Shown: positions 19,942-30,161 of the stretch, one piece after another
How positions within the stretch are numbered: position 1 is the stretch's first letter
Layout: every line of letters starts with the position of its first letter
Source of the DNA: an uncultured Planctomycetaceae bacterium
Lineage (GTDB): Bacteria; Planctomycetota; Planctomycetia; Planctomycetales; Planctomycetaceae
DNA: 64,000 bases
NCBI GenBank assembly: GCA_963813715.1
Contig: CAWFAK010000017.1
Span: 416,001-480,000 of the forward strand
Direction of reading: 5' to 3'
Made by a program: the position numbers and the translations under genes
Notes under the pieces: generated by a model
What the model saw: the letters and a program-made list of their open reading frames with translations, nothing else
The model's database searches: none
Told to the model about the DNA's origin: nothing

Positions 19942-22900
19942 ATGGGAATTCTTTGCGGGCTGGCTGGACTGGTCATCGTCCTGGTTGGTGTCGCGGTCGT
20001 CGGACACTTGCTGTGGTTGGCCGGGGCGGCGGTCTTCGGCACTTCTTCCTCGGCACCGGTGCTTGATCGGTGCCCGAGCTGCGCCACCCGGCTCAATCCT
20101 GGCCAGATTCATTGCCCGAAGTGCGGCTTTACGATCAGTTCGGCTCACCAAGCAACGCTCGATGAAGAGTTGGCCGCCACGCGGCGGCAGCTTCATCGGC
20201 TGATGCAGACGGGCAAAATCGCGAGCTCTACCTGGGAGCAGATTCTCGACGCCCTCCGCGCCGACGTCCGAGAGCGCGAATTCGGAGTCGCGCCGCCCGA
20301 GAGCCAATGGGCGGAAATCGAGCCAACGAGCAGCGCGGAGCCTGTTCGGGCGCCGTCTGAGTCGCCGGCCATCGGGCCCGACGCTGTGCCAATCGCCGCC
20401 GCATCCGCTGTTGACGGGGTCTTAGCCGCCCCGACTTCGACGCCAGCGCACGTCGAAGCCGCGATTGCCCGGTCGCATTCCGGGCCCCTGCCCGTGCCGC
20501 CCGAGCGCCCGCTGCGCCCGGCAATTGCGCCGTGCGCGTTGGCCGACATCTTCCAGGCCTTCTTGGAAGAAAAAAATATCCGCTGGGGCGAGCTGATCAG
20601 CGGACTGTTGATCGTCGGCAGCTCGGTCGGGTTGGTGATCAGCCTTTGGGCGACGCTGAAAGAAGCGATCCCCTATTTCCCCGTCGCGGTCTTTCTGACT
20701 GCGACGTGCGCCATGCACGGTGCCGGCTTGTACACGTTGCGGCGCTGGCGATTGAAGTCGACGAGCCGCGGATTGCTCTTGGTCTCCACCCTGCTCGTGC
20801 CGCTCAACGTTCTGGCCGCGATGGTTCTCAACGAAAAGAAGCCGGCGTACGGGATGATCGACTACGCGGCCTTTGCGATCGGATTGTCGGTGCTGGCGGC
20901 GATCGCCGCCTCGGCAGCTCGCGTGCTGAATCGTCGCAATCCGTGGCCGATGGTCGTCGCGGTCGTGGGGACGGCGATCGGAATGTCGACGATTGGCCGC
21001 CTCGCACGACCGGGAGGTGAGCTGGGGCGAACGCTTGGCCTCTTTGCACTTCCCTTCTTCTCGTTTCTGGTCGGCGCGATGGCCCATGTCGTCAGCCTGT
21101 CGGCGGGCCGGCGGTTGACGGTTCGTCGTGTCGCGCAGTCTTTTCGCTTCTACGGAATCGCGGCGTTCGGACTCGTGCTCGCCGGCGGATTGTTGGCTTC
21201 CAAGTGCGGCGACATTCGCGGCACGTTGACGCTGTTGTCTCCAATGCTGGCGGTGGTCGCGGCGACGCTCACCGGGGCAGGATTGATCGTTCATCAGCGA
21301 GTCACCGACTCGGAGCAAACCGGCTTTCGACTGGCGGGGACGTCGATCGCGCTCGGGGGCGGTTTGTTGGCGTTGGCCGCGCTGGTTCTGGCCTGGCCGC
21401 GTCCCGACTTGCTGGTGGCCGTCGGTCTGTTCGATGCGGTCGCGTTCACGGCAATCGCTTGGTTCGCAGCATTCCCGGCACTGAATGTCTTTGCGACAGC
21501 CTCGTTCTCGCTGACGCTGTTGGTCGGATTGGAATGGGCGACCGGCGCGATATCGGTCGTCGGGGCGACAACCGAGCTGTTGACCTTGCTCCTGCTGACG
21601 GCACGTTCCGCCCTCATCATCGCGATCCTGTCGATCGCGGCTGACGGCGTCGGCTGTCTCTTGGCGCGGTCGAAGGCGCGGCCCCAAGCCTCGGCTTATT
21701 TTGCGAGTTCGGTCGTCCACCAGATCGTTGCGGTGGCAATCGCCGTCGGGGCCGTCGTCCGCGACCTTCCCGATCAGGACCTCGCGACTGCAGTGTTCGC
21801 GCTGTTGGCCCTTCGCTGGCTTGTCGCCACGTGGTGGATCCGTCGCAGCTATGCAAGTTGGATTGCCGCGACCGCTCTGTTTGCTGCACTCGCGCACGGT
21901 TTGGTGCTGAACGACCGCCTGTCCGAAATGCTCGCGGTGCACGGCGTGGCCCCCGCCGATCCCTGGACGCTGAGCCTGATTGTGCACGCAACGATCTGCC
22001 TGGGCTGTGCCGTCCTCGCAGCCGAACCCGGCGCGAGCCCTCTTCCGTGCCTGAAGCCCGCGAACGGTTCCAGCTCTCGCCGTTCATCGCGGCAGCCATC
22101 GCCACGTCGGCGATCGCGTTGCCGATGATGCTGGACGTGCGGCACGGTCATTTCCTGACACATGGCGTTTACGCATTCTGGACCGCGGGTCTTTGGTTCG
22201 CGATCGCCGTAATGCTGGGGAACGCAGGAGTCGCAGTTGCGTCACAGATCCTGGCGACGATCGGGATCGCCTTCGCCGTCACTGGTTTTTGCAGGAAACA
22301 ACTTTGGTGGACGGGCCTTTACAACGAACCGCTGTTTCTCAATTGGCAGTTCGGCGTGCTTGCGGTGTGGAGCGGGCTGTGGGTTGCCGTGCGCCGCCTG
22401 AGCCGGCGAGACGTGACTCTTTCGCGACTGCTCATTTGCACGCCGACCAGCGTCGATCGCGTTGTGCTCTGCGGCGTGGCCCTGGGATTCGCCGCGACCT
22501 GCTGGCTCGCCGTCTGGCCGGGAACGGTCGCGGAGCTGTCCTCGATCACAATTCGAGCGCTCGGGAGCCCGTACGCCGTGGCCGCGCTACTTCCGTTTGG
22601 AGTCGGCGCGATTTTCGCCGCCACCCACGCGCTGGTTGGGCGAGAATGGCCAAAGACATCGGCCTGGATTTTCGTCACGTGCGTCTTCAGCGTGATAATT
22701 CTCTTGGCTCCGCTGCACTTCGAATTGCACTGGCCCGGTCTTCCGAATCCCTACGGGCAAGGTTGGGGTGCCGGAGCGTGGGCCGCTTGGGCGTTGGCCC
22801 TTGTGGCGATTCTGGCGGCTCACTGGGAGCGGCCTAACCGGGCGACTCTTGTCGGAATTGCACTGTTGCTGAGTTCCGCTCCCTACCTCGCCGCGTGCCG

Positions 22901-25900
22901 TTGGGATGCCGATCTGCAAACGGCGACCGCTTTGCGTTGGTCCCTGGCAATTGCCGGCCTGGTCGTCGCCGTGGCGTGGGCCTCGAGGGGGCCGGTGATG
23001 CGGGTCGCGTCGCGAACGGGCGGCGGATCATCGGACAATGTGCCGAAGGAACTCCTCTCTCTCCGCAACTCGCTCATCGCGTCAACGAGCTTGCCCCTGC
23101 TAATCCTGACCGCGCAAGCGTTATTCGACGTCTTGGACGTCGGCAGAGTTCCCCTCGCCCCCATCGCTGGCTCGTTCGTTGTTCGCATGGCTCCCTACCT
23201 GTCGTACACGGTGCCGCTCGGGATCCTGGCGGCGGCATTCGTCGTTTACGCCATTGCCGATCGGCGCGTCGAGTGGGGGTTGGCGGCGACGTTCTTAGTC
23301 CAATTCGCGTTGGGCTTCGCGGCGGCTCTTGCCCTGATCCTGAGCTCCGAGCTGCAGACGGTTGCGCAAGTCACTCGCTACCTCCAAGAGATCGGCCTGT
23401 TGACCGTGATCGGCGCCGTCATCTGGTGCGGCATCGAGGCGTTCGCCCAGCGAAGAGACGTAGCGTCTGAGCCGCGCCTGGGTGCGTTCGAGACGCCGCG
23501 TTGGACGCAGCTGGCATTCGTCGCTGTTTTCGCGGGCCTGCTGATTGGCGGGGCAACGGTCGGACTTTGGCTGTCGCCCGAGCCGCTGTTTAACTCCGTG
23601 CGGCAATCTGGCACGGGACTCGGCTGGCTGTTCCTCGTTTCGGCAACGGCGGTGGGAATCTGGTCGCAACGCCGCAATTGGCCGCTCTCGGCGATCAACG
23701 TCGGACTGTTGTTCCTCGCGGCAGCGGCTGTCCTCGGAGCCGCGGCGCTGGGAAGTCGGAACTCGGCCGATAACTGGTTTTCGTTCCATATGGCGATCGG
23801 TGGGTGGTGTGGAGTCGTCGCGCTAGCCGCGGTCGCCACATCCGTGACCCGTTCGCGGGAAGGCCGCCGAGGTGCCGTTGGGATCGCGGATCGCACCCTG
23901 CTCTTGCTGCCGGTCATTCTCGCCTTTGCGTACAAAACGCAACGATTCGACCCCCTGCGTCCGTGGTGGGCGGCCGGTGCGATGATCTGGCTCTCCCTCT
24001 GTGTGATGGCGATGGCCGCGCGTGCTGAGAGCCGGGTGCGATCGTATCTTTCCCTCGTGCTCGCGGTTTTGGGCGCCGTGTCGATCGGCACGCGGCCCTG
24101 GTTGGGAGCATTTGCTCCGACCGGTCCGCAGCAGTTCCTCGATTTGGCGCACATCGTCGTTCTCGGTATGGGTCTGCACGGGCTCGCCTGGCTGGCGATC
24201 GAATTGACGCACGAGCGCCGGCGGGACCGGCCTTTCGATGAATCGTCGAGCCTGCATTCGGCGCATCACTACGCCGTCGAGATTGGGACATTGTGCCTTG
24301 GCTTCGCGTTGCTGGTCGTTTTCGCCAGGCACTCGCTTTTGCCCACTCTGACGGGCGCGACGCCGCTGGGATGGGCCGGTGTCGCCACTATGGCCGCGCT
24401 GGCCGCCGGGTCGCTTTGGGAACGTCGGGCCGAACACTCCATTCGGATCTTATACGCGTTGGGGCTGATCGCGATCGCGACGATTCTCGATTCAGAGACA
24501 ACTCGACAGGCGCCATTTGATCTTCGCGGCGGCTGCCTGCCTCGCCGGTTATGCGGTGTTCTCCGGCACCCTGTGGTCCGTCCGCCGTCGCTTGAAGGAG
24601 TTTGGCCTGCGGTTGGGAATAAGTTCTTTCTCGCTCGACGGTGAGCGCGTCACTCCCTGGCTGGGGCCAACGAGCCTGGCGATCGGGGCGCTCGTAATCG
24701 GTATCGAGTTCTGGGTCGTGCTGACCTTCCAGGAACCATCGCTACGAATCAGCGGGGCTCTGGCGACGCTGGCGCTCGGCGGCGGCTTGGCGCTCTTGGC
24801 GACAACGCGAGCGCGAGGAATTTTCCAAGCTGCGGCACTCGGCGTCGCCGCGATCGCTGCCGTGCAATTCGGCTGGAGCCTGATGGCTCCGATCGGCACG
24901 TTGCCAAACGAGGAGCTGCGGCGGACGATCCGCATGATGGCGATGCTCGCGGCGACGACCTTTGTTTACGGACTGCCGCTCGTCCGCGTAGTCTCGCCGC
25001 AAAGCACCTGGTTTGCGTCGATCCGCCGGGCCGCAATCGGCGTGGCGGCGACGACGATTGCAACTCTGGCGCTCGTGCTCTTGTTTGAGATCTCGGCGTT
25101 CAACCCGACCGCAGGGACGCCGGTGAGCGTGGGCGAAAGCCTGCTCGTGGCGTTGACTCTGGTGCTGCTGGCAGCGGGACTCGTTTCGTTGGCCGTTTTG
25201 CCCGGTCGCGATCCGTTCCTGCACGCGGAGCGGCAGCGATTCCTCTACGTCTACGCCAGCGAAGTGGTCTGCGGGCTGCTCTGTGCCCACGTTTACTTGA
25301 CGAATCCCCAATTTTTCCGGCACACGCTGCAGCCCTATTGGCCGCTGGTCGTGATGGCAATCGCCTACGGCGGGACGGCCGTCTCGGAACTCTTCCGGCG
25401 GCTGAAGGTGACCGTGCTGGCCGAGCCGCTTGAATACAGCGCGGCTTTCTTGCCTGTGCTGCCCGTCGTCGGTTTTTGGATGCTGAACTCGGATTTGAGT
25501 TATTCGACGATGCTGGTCGTCGTCGGCCTCTTGTATCTGTTCCTCAGCCTGCGGCGCGGATCGCTCGCATACGCTGCGGCCGCGGCCGTCGTTGGCAACG
25601 CGACTTTGTGCAGCCTGTTTTCCGAGCACGGAGTTTCGCTGCTCTTGCATCCGCAGATGTTCGTGATTCCTCCCTGCGTGACAATTCTGGCGGCCGCCCA
25701 ATTGAATCGTGATCGGCTCGATCCAAAAATGCTGGCGTCGCTCCGGTACTTCGCAATCACGACGATTTACGTCAGCTCGACCGGCGAGATGTTTCAGCAC
25801 GGCATCGGCACGACGCTCTGGCTGCCGATGGTGCTCGCGGGGCTGTCGTTGCTCGGCGTGCTGGCGGGGATCGTGCTTCGCGTGCGCGCCTTTCTGTACC

Positions 25901-26094
25901 TGGGAACTTCCTTCCTTTTGCTGTCGATCGTGAGCATGGTCTGGCACGCGTCGCGCAGCATCGGCCACGTCTGGCCGTGGTGGGTCTTCTTGTTCGCCCT
26001 GGGAGTCGGCCTGCTCACCCTGTTCGGCGTCTTCGAGAAAAAACGTCCGGAAGTCCTGGCCCTGGTCGGCAGCCTGCGCGAGTGGGAGCGCTAG
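19942..26094 (+). CDS. Very large polytopic membrane protein (~2050 aa) with N-terminal zinc ribbon
   Basis: Three overlapping hydrophobic ORFs joined near 22030 and 24510; CPSC..CPKC. Confidence 0.75.
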
Positions 26095-26149
26095 TCAGGC
26101 GGTGCCCCAGCTGTCCGACAGACCGATTACACCCCTTACGCGATGGGCC

Positions 26150-26287
26150 GGGCTTTCCGGCGCCGCATACGCGCAACGCCCCGACCTCCTGGAAGCGGCC
26201 GACCGGGCCCTCTATCGTGCCAAGCGCGAGGGCCGCAATCGGGTCTGCGTGAGACAGACGCTTGAGCCTGTGGCCGTCGGCATTTGA
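26150..26287 (+). pseudogene. GGDEF domain C-terminal remnant
   Basis: DLLEAADRALYRAKREGRNRV; no GGDEF motif upstream. Confidence 0.75.
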
Positions 26288-26352
26288 AAAGTTGGCGACC
26301 CGAAGACGGCAAAGGCGAGTCGCCGCATTTCCGCGACGATTGGATATGGCAT

Positions 26353-27481
26353 CTACGGATTGGGCGTGTGAGTGCGAATGTTCGTGAGCGGGATCGATGA
26401 GGTGAATGGCCCAACCCAGGACGATTCCTCCAATAAGTGCAATCGTGAGTCGGATGCGGTCGTGCGAATGAAATTCCAGCTCGGGCAGCAGGTCAGTGAG
26501 CGCGATACAGACAAAGACCCCGGCCGACGCGGCTATGGCCCAGCCGACAATTGTCGATTGGGAGCCGGAAAATTCGTGCAGTCCCAATACGAAGAGTCCA
26601 GCGCCCAACGGACAAATGAGTGAGAACGCCGAGTTCGCCAGCGATTGAGAGCGCGACGACCAGCCCGTAATCGCCATCAGAGAGGTGATCGACATCGAAT
26701 CGATGGGCTTATGCAAAAGGACTGCCAGAAACGTTCCCAAGCCGAACAGGCCGGTTCCTCCCTCCAAGGCATCCGACTCAACGCTGGCGCCCAGCGCAAG
26801 TCCGTCGATCAATGTGTGTAAACCCATCCCCAGACAGACGCCCACCCAACTGAGCGAGTGGGCCTGCCGCCCTGAACACGAAGAATGAGCGTGGGCTGCA
26901 TCGTGCTCTTTGCCCCCGTGGGTTGGATCGTAATGGTCGTGTCCATTTCCAGTCGGACCGCTTTGTAACGAAGAAGGGTCGGCTGAATGTTGGTGGCTGG
27001 CGAACATCCGCAGGATCAGGAACATTGCCACCAGGCCGACCATCATTCCAGTCGCAGCTTTATCGGGACCATCGTCACCCAGCTCGGCCAGGGCATGTGG
27101 CAGCATGTGGAAGACCCCAATCGCGAGCATCAGGCCGGCGATCACACTGATGATCACCTGCATCCTCGTATGCGACAGCTGAACTCGCTGCGGTAGCCAA
27201 CCACCCAAGAGCGAGGCGCCGACGATCAACGCGCAGTAGAAGCCCAGGAGAATGCGCGACTTTGAAACCGATGTGCCCGCGATTGGGCCGCCGACTGCTG
27301 CGGACGCGAGTGGAACACGTGACGCCGGTCGCCCAGAATCGCAGCTGCAGTTCCGACTGGAAGTAATGTCGCGGGAATTCAGCGACGGGTCGGGGGCGCG
27401 AGGCGGCAAATCCTGCGCACGGCCGGCGCTGACCAAGCCACCAATGAGCGCCGCCAAGAGAAGGCGAGGGAGAACTCGCAC
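26353..27481 (-). CDS. ZIP family metal transporter, 3' end uncertain
   Basis: HMLPHA, HTLIDG, HKPIDS, DLLPEL, His-rich loops; ORF as given reads on to 26015. Confidence 0.85.
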
Positions 27482-27670
27482 GTTCGATCTTTCCCGGTTC
27501 GGAAGCGCACGATTCGCGCCGGCACGCTACGTGCCAAGGGCAACGGGTCAGACCGAATGCTGTCAAGCCCTCGATCCTGATGGGAAACCGTCACAATTGC
27601 AACTGAAAGCTGACACGGCACCTTGGGAGGCCGAGGTGACGTGAACCAGATTTAACCTCCGGCCTCCGGA

Positions 27671-27723
27671 TTGACAGCTAAGGCGGAGCGACCTAAACTT
27701 CAATAGTTGCACGATTCATTGAA
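27671..27723 (+). promoter_or_regulatory. Sigma70 promoter with ArsR/SmtB-type operator
   Basis: TTGACA-17bp-TAAACT, then inverted repeat TTCAAT-N13-ATTGAA (27699-27723). Confidence 0.7.
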
Positions 27724-27732
27724 TGAGTAACG

Positions 27733-28086
27733 ATGTCGACACGGATGCTTGAGCGTACTCCCAAATGTTTGCCCCGCGACCATGCTCGGCGGCGAAAGGC
27801 CGAGATCGATCGCGACGCTTGCGAAAGGGCGGCCGCGATCTTTCGAGCCCTTGGTGACACATCGCGACTGCACATGCTGGCGATGCTGGCCGAAGGAGAT
27901 ATGTGCGTCACCGAAATCGCGGATCGGCTTGGTGATAGCCTGTCCGCCGTCTCCCAGCGGTTGAAGCTGTTGCGAAGCGAGCGAATCGTCAAACAACGAC
28001 GCGAAGGCAAGCACATCTATTATTCGTTTGCGGATGGGCACGTGGCGGAAATGATCTCAAACGCGCTCGCCCACGCGGAGGAATAA
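27733..28086 (+). CDS. ArsR/SmtB metal-sensing repressor
   Basis: FRALGD..SAVSQRL..REGK; alpha5 Zn site DxH-x10-HxxE. Confidence 0.92.
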   Translation: MSTRMLERTPKCLPRDHARRRKAEIDRDACERAAAIFRALGDTSRLHMLAMLAEGDMCVTEIADRLGDSLSAVSQRLKLLRSERIVKQRREGKHIYYSFADGHVAEMISNALAHAEE

Positions 28087-28205
28087 CCGATTCCGTCGCG
28101 CGGGCGCAGTGTTACCGGGCGCGATCCTGTAAGTGGCAGCGATCAATGCGGTCTGACCAGTAAGAAAGCGTGAAACGTTTCTGCGGACGACAAAAGGAGA
28201 GCCAA

Positions 28206-28556
28206 ATGTCAAGTACTCTGCATTCCAATCACGCGCACAAGCACGGGTCGAACTGCGGTCACACAGCTATTGAACACCAAGGCCATGTCGACTATCTGCA
28301 TGACGGACATCTGCACCACCAACTCCCCGATGGGAAGGTCGAGGAGCACAAGTTGGCAGTTGGTGCGACCAACCCGAGTGCCTGCACGCCCAACCATCAC
28401 TGTGGTGGGCACGCCGACGATCACGTCCACGGCCCGAATTGCGGCCACGCCGCAGTTCCTCATGGGGACCATGTCGACTATCTCGTGAATGGACATCTGC
28501 ATCATCCCCATGGATCGCATTGCGACGACCATGGCCCCGTGACCGTCAAGAGCTAG
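28206..28556 (+). CDS. His/Cys-rich small metal-binding protein
   Basis: AAGGAG RBS; 26 His and 5 Cys in 116 aa; internal duplication. Confidence 0.85.
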   Translation: MSSTLHSNHAHKHGSNCGHTAIEHQGHVDYLHDGHLHHQLPDGKVEEHKLAVGATNPSACTPNHHCGGHADDHVHGPNCGHAAVPHGDHVDYLVNGHLHHPHGSHCDDHGPVTVKS

Positions 28557-28671
28557 GCGGCTCCTGCCGAACCGACGCGCCCGCGTCCTGCAAGGGAGCC
28601 GCGGGCGTTCTGCTTCGTTGAGGCAGCGAAGTCGATCAAGCATTAAGCGGTCGCGCTCAAAGATTCCCAAC

Positions 28672-29661
28672 ATGACGCACGAAGTCTCAAGCCCGACGTG
28701 CGGTCACGATCACCACGGCGAGCACCAGCATCATCATCTTGCCAGTGACGACACCGGCAAGATGTGCCTCGCCTTGTTGTTGACCGTGGCGTTCGTCGTC
28801 GGTGAAACTTTCGCCGCCTGGTTCGCGCACAGCCTGGCCTTACTTTCTGACGCGGGCCATAACTTTGCCGACGCGGCGGCTCTGGGGCTGTCGTGGTATG
28901 CGCTGTGGATCGCCAGGAAGCCCGCCCACACCGGAATGACGTTCGGTTACCATCGTGTCGGCATCCTGGCCGCACTCGTCAATGCCGTTTCGCTGGTGGT
29001 CATTGCCCTCCTGATTTTTTGGGAAGCAATCGACCGGCTTCGGAATCCGGCATTGGTTGACGGCTGGCTGATGATTGGGACGTCGATTGTGGCCGTCGCC
29101 CTGAATGCGACGATCACTGTCTGGTTGCACGCCGGGGCCAAGCACGATCTCAACGTTCGCTCGGCCTATCTCCACATGGCGGGAGACGCCGTTTCCGCAT
29201 TTGGTGTGCTCATTGCGGGCGTCGTCGTTGTGCTCGGCGGTTCACCCTATGCCGACGCCATCGCTTCACTTGTGATCGGCTCGCTGATCCTCTGGAGTTC
29301 GTGGGGCATTCTCAAAGAGAGCGTGAACGTTCTGTTGGAGGGGACGCCTTTCGGATTAGACATGGGTGCAGTGGAGACTGCCATCGCGGGAGTGCCGGGA
29401 GTCCTGAATGTGCACGACCTTCACGTCTGGACCGTGGGGCCAGGTGTCATTGCTTGCAGCTGCCACGTCCTCGTAACCGAACAGACGATCCGGGAGGGCC
29501 AGCAGATCCTGAAGTCGGTCGTCGACGTACTGGGAGAGCGCTTCGCCATCAGCCACACAACCGTTCAAATCGAAGTCGAAGGTCACGAGGTGGACGAAAT
29601 GTATTGCACATTGCGAAAACGGCCTGGTCACTCTCATTTGCATCACGGCCATCGACACTGA
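28672..29661 (+). CDS. Cation diffusion facilitator (CzcD-like)
   Basis: SLALLSDAGHNFAD, TFGY, AYLHMAGD, VHDLHVW; His-rich termini. Confidence 0.93.
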   Translation: MTHEVSSPTCGHDHHGEHQHHHLASDDTGKMCLALLLTVAFVVGETFAAWFAHSLALLSDAGHNFADAAALGLSWYALWIARKPAHTGMTFGYHRVGILAALVNAVSLVVIALLIFWEAIDRLRNPALVDGWLMIGTSIVAVALNATITVWLHAGAKHDLNVRSAYLHMAGDAVSAFGVLIAGVVVVLGGSPYADAIASLVIGSLILWSSWGILKESVNVLLEGTPFGLDMGAVETAIAGVPGVLNVHDLHVWTVGPGVIACSCHVLVTEQTIREGQQILKSVVDVLGERFAISHTTVQIEVEGHEVDEMYCTLRKRPGHSHLHHGHRH

Positions 29662-30107
29662 TCAATTAGCTTGCTCAGATTCGCCCGCGTTCTACTTAGT
29701 TCAGTTGGACTGTTTCAAGCTCACGTATTTCAGTTCGTCTGGGACTGAATAAGTCCTCACGCAGAGAGTGAGCGAGGCCACGGGAAAACGCTGAAACTCG
29801 TGCCTTCCCGTGCTTGCGCGAAGCTTGTGTGGAGGCGCTAATTTGGAGACCGCGTGCCGATTGAGTCTTCGATGTGGGTTGGAGGTCGCTGAATTCGCAA
29901 TCGAAGGATAGGCACGTATCCAGCGGCTGCATTGCGTGGAGCCAACTTGCTCGGCATCTCGTCATAATCGCCGCTATCGAATGCCGCGTGCGACACGTTC
30001 CGCAAGCATGTGGTGAAGTCGCCGCGCGATCTCGAAATGGGCCGGATAAGGGAAACATCGGCTGCCGCCTTTGCCGCATCCCTCGTGGAATCGGGTCGGA
30101 TGACGAA

Positions 30108-30133
30108 GTGCAGGTAGCGGGGGTCGAACTCGC
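30108..30133 (-). other. tRNA 3'-end-like fragment, possible att scar
   Basis: GCGAGTTCGACCCCCGCTACCTGCAC: T-arm plus acceptor 3' strand, no 5' half. Confidence 0.35.
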
Positions 30134-30161
30134 GCGTTCGATCGCGCGAAGGTCGACCGGC

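Noticed and set aside
26015..26352. Long ZIP C-terminal extension
   Set aside because: Runs antisense through the GGDEF remnant and previous gene; likely a lost stop
27521..27537. Sigma54-like TGGCACG-N4-GTGC upstream of ZIP
   Set aside because: Imperfect -12 box and explained by a local palindrome
29849..29860. 12-bp match ACCGCGTGCCGA to repeat copy B
   Set aside because: Flanks do not align; expected by chance in GC-rich DNA
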